A stretch of DNA of 64,000 bases from Nemertoderma westbladi (Eukaryota > Animalia > Xenacoelomorpha). Of the stretch, positions 39,760-51,404 are shown piece by piece. The first letter of the stretch is position 1, and each line of letters starts with the position of its first letter. Below the pieces are notes generated by a model. The model did not search any database. It was not told where the DNA came from and saw only the letters and a list, made by a program, of their open reading frames with translations. The stretch covers positions 18,504-82,503 of the forward strand of contig JAUCBJ010008720.1 of NCBI GenBank assembly GCA_032718475.1, in the 5' to 3' direction. A program made the translations under genes and the position numbers.

Positions 39760-39840
39760 GTCTGTTGTTCTGTTGATCTGTTGTTCTGTTGATCTGTTGT
39801 TCTGTTGATCTGTTGTTCTGTTGTTTTGTCGTTCTGTTGT
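39760..39840. repeat. 16-bp minisatellite tctgttgttctgttga
   Basis: About 5 copies visible. Confidence 0.8.
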
Positions 39841-41195
39841 GTCCAATTTTAAACGTTAATAACTCAGCCAAATCTCGATAAAATATATCCAAACTTGTTA
39901 CATATGTAGTCTGGCAAAAAATTAGAAATTTTCCAAGTTGAATTTGCGTGGGGTCTTCGTGCAGCATCTGTGTAACTGTCTTGCAGTTATAATAAATTGA
40001 TTTACCCAAAAATTATTAGCCTTGGCATCACCTGGTTGCTAGGAGACTGCAGCATATATCAGGTGGGTTTGAAATTCAGTAATACCGGTACAATGCAGGA
40101 ATGCAGCAATGTGGTAGGCCTATTTCAGTATTTCACTTTCCTCAGCCATTCCATCCAGCATTTCCAGATTGCAGAGTTAAGAGTACTCAGTTATTCGCGA
40201 CTATTCAGCCCAAGGCCATCTAAACAACGGGCTATGACAAGGACCTTGCCTTCAAAATTATCGTAGGCTGACTGTACAGATTATGGCACGGGTGCCGTAA
40301 TTCAGGGTGACTTGATACAGTTTTTCCTTTAACTGTGAATATCTTATGAAGATTTTATCCTACACAGATGGAATAAAAAGATTTATTTCAATAGAATTTA
40401 AATTATTAATAATTATTTATTATTTATTATAATTATTATTATTAATATTTATATTATAAGATTTAAATAGAAAGAGTTATTTAGATGGCCTTGATTCAGT
40501 CATATCATGTACCGGTGCGGTACCTTAATCTTATTAAACATATGTTTTACAGTATGGTACCGGTTCTGTTACAGTGCTACAGAGTTACCGGTACCGTCTT
40601 CAGGTCGTTGGCGCCACCCACCAATCGGCTCGGCAAAGGCAACCATGCAGCAATGGAAGTTTTGAAATTATGCGGACTTAAGACAGACTGCATATTGTCA
40701 GGTTGTACAAGCTGACCTTTATTCCATGTCCCGGTATCCACTACTGCACTAGGCACCCCAACAGCCCAATACTGCAATACCCAGCAACGTTTTGGATTTG
40801 TACCGGTACTCAAACAACTTGCCATCAAGGCCACCGCCTCTGCCTGTCGCAGTGTCGTTGGCGACCTCGACTTTCGGTATCTCTACTGCGCTAGTGATAC
40901 GGGCAAACTGGACTAACCGATGAGCGAGACCCAAAGACTGAAGAATGCATTGAATTTGTTGAGTAGTTTGACTGTGTGTGGACTTCTATTACATCGATGC
41001 CAAGCTACCAATGCGAAAATTTCTTTTAAAATAAAAGTTTGGTTAAATTTTCTTAATTATTTATTTAAATTTCTTAAGTACCGATTTTGGGATAGAATTG
41101 CTCAATTGTAATCTGTATCTAATAACTGACCCTCGTCCTGCGCGAAGGCCCCACGGACGTGTATCTTTACGTTTAAAGTTTTTCATACATATACA

Positions 41196-41760
41196 ACGTT
41201 TCTTCAGCCTCTCCCAAACACTCCACTGTACGAGAACACGCCCTAGACGAGGATCACACCTTCAATTACAATGACTTCTCAATAATAGGTAGAGCTGATA
41301 CTAATTACGACCTATTAATTAAAGAAAGCCTAGTTATCTCCCGCCACAGACCTACTCTAAATATTCAGGGAACCTCATTCCCTTTACTATTGTTCTAAAA
41401 ACTACACACACTACATAGACCGTATCTACAGTACTATACAGTATGTATTAATTAATATTGGTGTTGTACTCATTATCAATTTAGTTGTCTGATTTCATGA
41501 TTTTACCGTGCACTATTTTACTTAATTCAGTATTACGTATGCAAGTAGTTAGGCTCCTATATCTTCTCGTATTGTAATGTTTTCACATATTTTGCAGTAA
41601 TATTAATAATTTAGAATGTAATTTAAACTTTATGTATCTTACTGTAGTATTGGCTGATGATGGTTTAATGTAATAAATCGAAACGTTCCGCTTAATTAAT
41701 TATGGCATTCTTTTCATTCGCGCTAATTATTATAATTTTACTACGATTACGTTACCCCAC
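41196..41760 (+). mobile_element. 3' fragment of a Penelope/Poseidon-like element (not in the ORF track)
   Basis: 41201-41398 translates SSASPKHSTVREHALDEDHTFNYNDFSIIGRADTNYDLLIKESLVISRHRPTLNIQGTSFPLLLF*, a GIY-YIG C-terminus. A hammerhead motif lies downstream. Right boundary approximate. Confidence 0.8.
41651..41690 (+). ncRNA. Minimal type I hammerhead ribozyme motif
   Basis: tgg-CTGATGA-t-GGTTTA-atgtaa-TAAATC-GAAA-CGTT-ccg: canonical core, 6-bp helix II, palindromic helix III, short helix I. Confidence 0.7.
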
Positions 41761-41869
41761 TGGGACTTCAATAACCTACGTTTCTCTCTCTCCAGTTTTT
41801 TTTCATGTATATTTAACTCTAACAATAATATTTTAATATATATACGCTATATATGTCTGTGTATTTCGG

Positions 41870-43250
41870 TGCTTCACTGTAACCTGCTCCTGTACTAATC
41901 TGCATAATCTTGTAACACGTGTTAAATATCGTTTATTGTTTTGGTTCTATCTACACGCCTCGGTAATCTACCCCTTCACTAAACTGCATAATTTTCTAAC
42001 ACGAGTTAATCGTTTATTGTTTTGGTTCAATCTATCCGCCTCCGCAACCTGATTCTTTACTAACCTACATATTGTAACACGTGTTGACTATCGTTTATTG
42101 TTTTGGTTCTATCTACCTGCCTCTGTAACCTGCTCCTTTACTAACCTGTATAATCTTGTAACATGTGTTAACTATCTTTTATTGTTTTGGTTCTATCTAC
42201 CCGCCTCTATAACCTGCTCCTTTACTAATCTGCATAATCTTGTAACATGTGTTGACTATCGTTTATAGTTTTGGTTCTATCTACCCGCCTCTATAACCTG
42301 CTCCTTTACTAACCTGCATAATCTTGTAACATGTGTTAACTATCGTTTATTGTTTTGGTTCTATATACCCGCCTCTATAGCCTGCTTCTTTACTAACCTG
42401 CATAATCTTATAACATGTGTTAACTATCGTTTATTGCTTTGGTTCTATCTACCCGCCTCTATAGCCTGCTTCTTTACTAACCTGCATAATCTTATAACAT
42501 GTGTTAACTATCGTTTATTGCTTTGGTTCTATCTACCCGCCTCTATAACCTGCTCCTTTACTAACCTGCATAATCTTGTAACATGTGTTAACTATCGTTT
42601 ATTGTTTTGGTTCTATCTACCCGCATCTATAACCTGCTCCTTTACTAACCTGCATAATCTTGTAACATGTGTTAACTATCGTTTATTGTTTTGGTTCTAT
42701 CTACCCGCCTCTATAACCTGCTCCTTTACTAACCTGCATAATCTTGTAACATGTGTTAACTATCGTTTATTGTTTTGGTTCTATCTACCCGCCTCTATAA
42801 CTTGCTCCTTTACTAACCTGCATAATCTTGTAACATGTGTTAACTATCGTTTATTGTTTTGGTTCTATCTACCCGCCTCTATAACCTGCTCCTTTACTAA
42901 CCTGCATAATCTTGTAACATGTGTTAACTATCGTTTATTGTTTTGGTTCTATCTACCCGCCTCTATAACCTGCTCCTTTACTAACCTGCATAATCTTGTA
43001 ACATGTGTTAACTATCGTTTATTGTTTTGGTTCTATCTACCCGCCTCTATAGCCTGCTCCTTTACTAACCTGCATAATCTTATAACATGTGTTAACTATC
43101 GTTTATTGTTTTGGTTCTATCTACCCGCCTCTATAACCTGCTCCTTTACTAACCTGCATAATCTTGTAACATGTGTTAACTATCGTTTATTGTTTTGGTT
43201 CTATCTACCCGCCTCTATAGCCTGCTCCTTTACTATCCTGCATAAACCTG
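41870..43250. repeat. 84-bp tandem satellite, about 16 copies
   Basis: Unit tatcgtttattgttttggttctatctacccgcctctataacctgctcctttactaacctgcataatcttgtaacatgtgttaac. Edge copies are more diverged. Confidence 0.95.
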
Positions 43251-44658
43251 TAATACGTTTTATTTACAGATTAAAAATTCCAAATTCCCTGTTTCCAAAG
43301 CCCAAATGATTTTCCCAAATTTCTTTATTTCCAAATCCCAAATTGCTTATTCCCAGATCCCAAAGGGACGCGTTGTTCAACTGAGCCCCGTCAGCGGAAA
43401 CAGCCAGTGCCGCTAGTCGGTGGGGTTGACTTGTTACGAGAGGCTATTATGAGGCTTAATGAGATACGCATTGCGTATCTTCTTCAGTCAACCAATAATG
43501 GCCGATCAACAAATAAAAACCGATAATCACTAATATAATGGCAAATCCCAAATTCCAATTCCCAAATCCTTAATCCCAAATACCTTATTCCCAAATCCCA
43601 AATACCTTATTCCCAAATACCTTATACCCAAATACCTTATTCCCAAATATCTTATACCCAAATACCTTATTCCCAAATCCCAAATACCTTATTCCCAAAT
43701 CCCAAATACCTTATTCCCAAATCCCTTATTCCCAAATTCCTTAATCCCACATGGTATTTGCGTCCAGTCCCCCCCCCCCCCCCCTCCTGTCTCCTTTCGG
43801 GATGGCCAGTAGATCACCAGGGACTTAGGATCGTAAATATCCATAGGGGCCTTCTATCCATATTATACTGTATATAATTATCCAGTTATCATCAGTTTCC
43901 TACCATCAATTATATTCTCGGTTTTCTCTTCTAATGAATTTTTAGCGAAATAACAACCCCCCCCCCCCCCCCCCCCCCCCTCACTTTGACTGGCCCCTCC
44001 TGCACAAAAATCCTGAATCCGCCACTGCAGAGACACCACTTCCCATCTGGGTAGGCACAGTATGTAGGCATACTACACTGCCCCAAACGAAAAACCTACA
44101 AGGAATGCGTGTGCTAGGGGGTGGGTTTAAGTGAGATAATGTATGTATGAGTATGTATGAAGAGGAATTACTGTACAAACCCAAAGCTTATGTTTGCTTA
44201 CTGTTTGGAGATAGTGAGTGAGTAACTGAAACTTGCCGGGTTTTATACTTTATTCGCCGCTGGGCCCTCCCTATTGAATAATAGCATTAATATGCCCTCT
44301 CTCTCCATTTATCATATGCTCCAGTTGGTGTTTTATCATTGCGCCTATGGCGTTATTTTTTCGTTTCTGTCTATATTTCGAGCCCACAGGCTATGGACGG
44401 AGTGGCCGATCATGCCAGGGAACTTAGAATCCGGCCAGCCAGCCGCTGTGAAAATATTTCATCAAAATCGTTAAGAGTAATTTTGGCTGGAGATCAGTTT
44501 AGTTAGTTAGGCAGTCAGCCAGTTTCGAGCAATTCTTACAGTACAGTAAGTATCCTATCGGTTCCTAATAACAAACCTGTAAATTAACCTAAGATAACAG
44601 TAATAGAACTCCCACCTTCCCTCTATATAACGCCAGTGGAACGGTTCGATCTAATTAA

Positions 44659-44800
44659 CCCTATTAAACCCATGGGGGGGGGGGGGGGGGTGGTCAATAT
44701 AACCACCCCCCCCCCCCCCCCCGTGGTTTTGTTGTTATAATTCTGAAAGAAACGGAGTTGGGAATCTGAAACTGTATGACTTTTCCTAAAAATCTATCTA
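44659..44800 (+). mobile_element. Short 5' fragment of the piggyBac-like MITE family
   Basis: ttaaccctattaaaccc..ttgttataa.tctgaa..gggaatctgaaa..tatgacttttcctaaaa, as at 19102 and 44962. Confidence 0.7.
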
Positions 44801-44961
44801 AATCAGAAATGAAATCAGCACCCCTTAAAACCTCCATAGCGATAATGTTAGTTAGTTTGTATTCTTTTTTACGCTTTGACTGACTGACAGATTGAAAGAC
44901 CGACGGACTAGATTTTTGTAAACGTGAAACTGGCATCAGAAATGGAATCAGCACCCCTTAA

Positions 44962-46075
44962 CCCTATTAATCCCGGAGGGGGGGAGGGGGTCAAAATGAC
45001 CCTCCCCCGTGTTTTTTTAGTTATAACTCTGAAACAGACGCAGTGAGGAATCTGAAAGTGTATGACTTTTCCTAAAAATCATTGCCTTCCTAATAGTGAA
45101 AACGTTTTCCAAAAATATTGGGAAGTTTTAGAGTTATAGCACGATATTTCAACCCTACTCTTGGCACTTTTTTGAGACGTTATTTGAAAATTACATTTCA
45201 TGAAATATGATTTGTAACATCTCTAGTTTCGATTTCTATCATCTCTTTTTTCGTAAATTGATTATTTGAACCTGTTTTTTGCGCAATAGAGTTTTTTTTG
45301 GGGTTCTGGTTTCGATGGAATATTTAAGAGTTGCATCAAAATGGCATCAAAAACCAGGCGCATCAAAATTTTCGGCGCTGTGTGCAAAATTGCACACAGT
45401 GACAGCACACAACTAACAAAATTTTTGAAAATAAGCAAATTGATCAGTAGATAGTATCATCTTGTTTCTTACGTTATACGGGTTTATGAGGGACCTAAAT
45501 CCGATGGAATTAATAAAAATCACACTGGACATCTCAAACGTGTACTTTTTGGTGATGGGTACGAATTTGGTGCTAGCCCCAAAATGTGCCATATTACGCT
45601 GAAATTCATATTCCATTAGAATCAGCGCCCCAGAAAACCTAAAAATATGAATTTATAGCATCGTATGAGTGAATTAAAAATTTTGTGTTCAAACTGAAAT
45701 GTGCTGGTTACTTGTTTTTTGCAATTTGACCTACGTAGAGGAATAATACAGCCATTTATACTAACCAGATTATATTTAAATATTTTCCAACGGATTTTAC
45801 GCACCAGAAAACCTGTATTGAAAAACAATTAGCCGAAAATGGTAACTTTCAAAACTTATGAAAATTGTTCACTACTTGTAATTTTGGTGATTCAAAATAA
45901 CCACCCCAGTACTTTTTAAAAAAATTTTCGGTCTGATTCAGAATAGTGGATTCTACGTACAAACAAAAAATCAGACGTTTCCGTTAAAATTTGTAGATTT
46001 TAGAGGGGGGGGGGGGGGGGGGGGGGGGGGGGTAAATGGATGACTCCCACATAACACTAATAGGTACTAATAGGG
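44962..46075 (+). mobile_element. piggyBac-like MITE, apparently full length
   Basis: TTAA-ccctattaa ... taataggg-tTTAA termini, subterminal G-runs, no ORF. Confidence 0.72.
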
Positions 46076-46514
46076 TTTAAAAGGAAACAGAGTTAAAATA
46101 ATTTAAAAACTGTCATAAATTTCCAAATTTGGGCAAAAATTGGCCAAAAGTTTAATTATTGGTGCTAAATTCTTAAAATAACGTAAACTACATACGTGCC
46201 AAATTTCAGAGAATATAATTCCTAAGAAGTTGTAAAACGCTCTGAGTAAGCTTCACTTTCTATATACTAATATTGTGCCACGCTTACGCCCCGTGTGGGA
46301 GAATCCTCACGAAGGATCCTCCCACGTTGTGTTGTTTTTAGATATACATAAGAACCGCATATACAACTAGTGGTTTGTCTTTTTGTAATTATTACTATTA
46401 CTATTATTTTTGGTGCTTATCAGTTGTGACGAAAAAAACAAGTAGCAAAAAATTTCAAACTGCAAAAATCGAATTTGGTTGGATAATACGATATTTTTGA
46501 GTATCAATTCGTGA

Positions 46515-46815
46515 TCTACTATTACTACTACTAGGATCGGCATGCTGAATTGCAGCTCATTTTTGAGGATGCTGTGCCGGCTTGTCGACAAAATTGCGCC
46601 GCCACAACTCCACTATCACCCATGACATTTGCTAGATCATCCGCATCTTCAAGGTCAGTGTCCTTTAAGATGCGTCTCAGAGAAGTCATGGGCTGTCCAC
46701 CATGCTTATTCACTCCATTGAGGCTGCCAAAGCACAGGATTATGCACTGGCTGGTCCTCACGGCGAAAGCAATGTCCTGCAAAGCGGTGGCGGCTTCCGT
46801 TCTAGTGTGAAGCTT
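46515..46815 (-). mobile_element. 3' fragment of an RTE-clade LINE with a (TAG)n tail
   Basis: Minus strand reads RHRFAGHCFRREDQPVHNPVLWQP, then after a frameshift KHGGQPMT..ILKDTDLEDADDLANVMGD, then tagtagtagtaatagtag. Confidence 0.75.
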
Positions 46816-47455
46816 GGGGGAACCAAATAATCAGTTTAAATCTGTGAAAGAGTTTTGAATAACTTCGACCAAAACTAAGTTTTTAAATTAAATTAAAAAA
46901 AATTGAAACTAAATAATAATAAATATATCAATAACAAAAAAATACTATGATGTAAATAAAATAGAATTTGTGTAGGAGTGAAACCACGGCGATTTGATTA
47001 GCGTTGGACTGGCGCAGAGACCGTCCTATTCAACGTATTCTTTATCGATATCGGGTTCGCCACAGAAACAGTAAAAAATTAAATAAATAATAATTAAAAA
47101 TATAAAATTTTAATATAAATAAATTTAAATATTAATTAAAACAAAATAACACTGAAAACGTTATTAATTAACAAATAAGAGACAATTTAAGAGGAAAATG
47201 ATAAGCAATTCAATACACGTTCTTGGGGCCTTCGCGCAGCACGAGAGCCTAAATTAGAAAGTACATTATACTAATCTCCATTAGATATACGAAAACTGTC
47301 TTTCCTAAAATATATATGAGTGAAAGCGATGCTATCAGTTTGTGAAAAACCAGTTGTAAAAATAGAGATCCATTTCAAGTTTGCCCTTACACACTTTAAC
47401 TGTCATTTGTAAACCTTCTAACTATAGAGGGCTATTTAAGTTAAGTAGGCCTATG

Positions 47456-47686
47456 ACATTTTTAGTTTATAAAGGAAACACCTTCTATACGTTAGTTTAT
47501 AAAGGAAACACCTTCTATACGTTAGTTTATAAAGGAAACACCTTCTATACGTTAGTTTATAAAGGAAACACCTTCTATACGTTAGTTTAACAAGGAAACA
47601 CCTTCTATACGTTAGTTTATGAAGGAAACACCTTCTATACGTTAGTTTATAAAGGAAACACCTTATATACGTTAGTTTATAAAGGA
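47456..47686. repeat. 30-bp satellite, left portion (about 7.5 copies)
   Basis: Unit gttagtttataaaggaaacaccttctatac, the same as at 61538-64000. Confidence 0.97.
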
Positions 47687-48389
47687 TAGATAGATAGATT
47701 TATTTATACATTATGTAAAAACAATAACAAATACACCAAACAATGTACCGGTATAAAGGTATTGTCCAACATAACATATAGGATTACCCCTAAAGCTTTG
47801 CAGCTTATTTCCAAGGGGGTCCTTTATGTTACTTGGTTACAAATACAATATTACACTACGCTAACCTAAAACCAATATAAAACGTAATTACACTATGTAC
47901 ATGTACAACTTTACCGAGAGCGTGACAATGCCCGACTCAACGATAAAGATGTAATGTACAGAACAATTTATTATAAAACGTAATTACAGTATAAATAGTA
48001 AATAATTAATAAACTAATAACTTACTGTAGGACTATTGTACCTATTTTTACATTGCACACGGAGATGAGATTTAACTGCAGATTTAAAAGAATGTTGATT
48101 ATTTAGGTTTTTAATTTCATTAGGCAGAGCGTTCCAATTTTTTATGCCGTTAAAAAAGAAAGTATCAATTTCAAAGGATTTACAATTCGGGAGGAAGAAG
48201 TTTGAAGCACTAGCTCTGGTACTGTAAGAGTGTGTATCGCGTACTCTGTTGAATTTTTGTTTTAGGTAATTGGGACATTTACCATTATACACTTTATGCA
48301 CATGGTTAAGGCGTAGCTGCTTAACTCTACTATCTAAGTTAAGTAGTCCAGATTTAGAAAAGTCATCTGGAGTTAGGTGGTGCCTAGGT

Positions 48390-51300
48390 GGGATAAATAT
48401 TTCTCCATTTGACGCAACACCGCCGCGGCCGCTATGAGGGAGGTGAATACCGCGGCCGCTCCTAAAGCCGCAGGCCCTCGCTAACTATATAGGTTAACTT
48501 GGGATTCTGGGGGACTTTTCGATGAAGGAACAGACCAATTTTTTTTATTTTCGCACCAGGGGAGCGACTCGGAATTCTAAGATATTAGCCACTCTAACAT
48601 TAGCAAATCTATCCCCTCGACGGACACGGCGGACAAAAAACCGTCATTTTTTTGACAATTTTAAAAATTTTTTGAAAGGCGCTCTACAGTGGCTCGAAAA
48701 AACCCTAGGTTATTGCTTAGCCGACGCCGGGATACGATAGAAGGGATTAATTAGTGAATTCGTTTTTATTTTCAAAAAAGATTACCACGCCTTTTTTCCG
48801 AAATTGTCCGTCAAAGTTGAAAAAACGGACAAAATGGCTTTGCGGGATCCGCTCTGACTCGGCTAATATTAATCGTACGGGGACGAAAGTAACGCGGTTG
48901 GAAAGGGGAAGAGTGGTACTACCTTCGTATCGAATGGGGGTAAGATATTTATTAATATTTCGGGTGGAAAAAGGGGCCGTAACTTTGTCCGTTTTTTCCA
49001 TATTTTTTACATAATTATTATTTCCAAAATTTTTAATTCGACAACACTAGTAGGAATCTGCCAATTCTTTTTCGGAAAGCGTAGAAGACCACAGGGGCTA
49101 CATTCCTATCGAATGGGGGTACAAAAAATATGTAGGCAAAGGGGTCCAAAAAGGGCCAGAAAATAATAAAAAGTTTATAACTAACAACTTTTTTATTTTT
49201 GACTCTTGAAGGTTAAAGTACATTTTATACGGTTAATATCGATACGGGGAATCCAAATATTCGATTGGTTTTGCCGCGCAAACGATATTAAAAAAATTAG
49301 GGCCCAAATTATAATTTCACGCTTCAAACTCGCTTCGCGGGAACTCGTCTAGCTCGAAAAATACATAAGGTCTGGGAGACTTATTTAAACAGTCTTATAG
49401 AGCGTCAAATTATCTATCTTTCAACGGTAGTTACAGCGCCATAGCTATTATATAACTGAAGCGGCAGACGATCGTGTGAAATATACTACTTATAAAATAG
49501 GGACGAAAATTTTTTTTTTTAATAAATCGCCATTACATTATAATTTAACTTTTGCGCCAAAAGTTCCTGTAAAATGTAGCAAATTAACTCCACTATCTTT
49601 TTTCTTAACATTTATAATTAAAATAACGAGTTTTAAGGGTCGAAAAATATCGCGTAATTTTGGCCCTTTTTTTTCATTTTTTTTGGGGCCAAAAATACCC
49701 CCTCTCAAAAGATAGGAAAAAAAATTACGGCAAAGAATATACCAATTTTATTGAATTTGGAGCACCAGAACCGAAGTTAGAGCGATTTTAGTGAAAAATT
49801 AAAAATATTTTTTTTTGCAAAAAATTAAGAATGGTCATATTGGGTTTCGAACCCACGAACTTAAGTATCGTTAACGTGATTGATTACCACTAGACTGCGT
49901 GACCAAGAGAATTTGAAATTTTCGAGTGATTATTTTTAAACATCAATAACTTCTGTTCTACTGGGCCGTTTGATCTGAAACTTTTTTCATTGGATAGAGG
50001 ATAGATTGTAATGTGTGAAATAGGATACAACTTGGGAAAAGACGCAAGTGCACTTAGTGCATAATGCACTTAAAAAGTACACATTTTTTCGATATTTCAA
50101 ACACTATTATTTCCAGTTCCATTCATCGTAGAATGTTATTTTTTGGATTAAAATGTAGTTTGGAGTGATTTCTAACTATAATCGTAACATTTGTTTAACT
50201 TTTTATGTATATAAAGTGACTTAAAATGCCCATGAATATGGTCCAAAATCGCAAATGTCGCGATTTATTAAATTCGATTTTTTACACTTTTAGTGACTGA
50301 CACTTGATCATACACCATCGTAGATCGGTAGAGGATAAACATAAGTTTGTTAAATAAGAACCACCATTGCGATCTGCTGAAGTGCACTTGTACAAATAAG
50401 TGTGCAAAAGTGCAAATTTTTTAATAAGGTCAAATTATATAGCATTGGGTTCTTTTCTTTGCAGATACTTTATTTTCATATTAATATGTTGTTTGGCTCA
50501 TACTGAGCGCATTAGGGATATGCGTACAAATAAGCGGCCCTTATTAAGGCTTCGATTGGGTTAATAAATAAAACATAAGGTTGTAATATTCTAAAAAACC
50601 AGTGTGATATTAAATGCACTTTAAACAATAAATAGAGATCAAATAACAAATGGACTACACAATTAAAAACTCGCACAATTTTGTACTTATTATATCGCTT
50701 CAAATTAATTTAACAGTGGATATTTGGGGGAAGGGGGAAGTTACAGTGTGCATTCGGGGGAAGTTTGGTGAACTGCATTTATGCAGTGAATCCAAACTTC
50801 CCCCTTTTAGATATCGTATACTTAAGACATGCTCGGTTGTCAGGGAAATAATTGTTACTGTCACACTTTGCTTCCATTTATCCTATCCTTTATTATTACC
50901 CCAGTCAGATAAGAGATAATAATCAGTAAAAACCAAACTAAACTGTCTTTCATGCAAACAAATTTCTAATTAAAGACGGGTGAATGACCATGACCATGGA
51001 AATAATTTTAAATATAATCGTATATCAACTATTTGTTGGGGAGGCTTCCAAACCCAAAAACAATTATTTCGTTACATATAATATAGTAAATAACGTTGTA
51101 TGTTCTTCTTCCTCTCATAATAAAATATATATGAAATATCTCTGATCGCTGTGCCCTGAACATTTCACAACCAAAATGTTTCAGTGTGAAAAGTGTAGGC
51201 CTACCACACCCCGCCCAAACAGCCGCAAACGCATAGCCAACAAATTTATCAAAAGTTTACATACATGTTGTGTTCATGACGAGATGAGTGAAAATTGATC

Positions 51301-51404
51301 GCGTAATATAAAGTAAAAAATTAAGAGACGGGCTGGCTCTTCTCCACTTTCTTACCCAATGGAAATGTTGTTGTTATAATCTAATATTGGGGCGGCTTTC
51401 TCTC
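48390..51404. mobile_element. 3.0-kb non-coding insertion of unknown class in LINE A
   Basis: The uninterrupted copy at 9481 reads tgcctaggtttgtagtc. Here it is split, with ggt on both sides (48387-48389, 51405-51407). No clear TIR or ORF. Confidence 0.7.
49832..49904 (-). pseudogene. Degenerate tRNA-like sequence (Val-like pseudogene or SINE head)
   Basis: GGTCACG-CAGTCTAGTGGTA..TTAACGA..GTGGG-TTCGAAA-CCCAA-TATGACC-A, 73 nt. A and B boxes, acceptor stem and T stem are present, but the anticodon stem does not pair. Confidence 0.5.

Larger units (their letters stand above)
39425..43792. mobile_element. 4.4-kb foldback/Mutator-like non-autonomous TIR element with modular inverted termini
   Basis: Flanking direct repeat cctttcggg (39416-39424, 43793-43801). 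Termini agayaggagggg..actggac. Inverted arrays of tttgggaataaggta (39500-39680 vs 43545-43750) and an inverted block ctgaagaagatacgcaatgcgt (39698 vs 43466). Confidence 0.8.

Noticed and set aside
42350-43309. 319-aa repetitive ORF
   Set aside because: Read-through of the 84-bp satellite, which is related to a 68-bp satellite that does not preserve frame.
43769-46032. Long G/C homopolymer runs as functional G-quadruplex elements
   Set aside because: They are mostly within or next to TE termini, and homopolymer lengths are unreliable in assemblies. No independent support.
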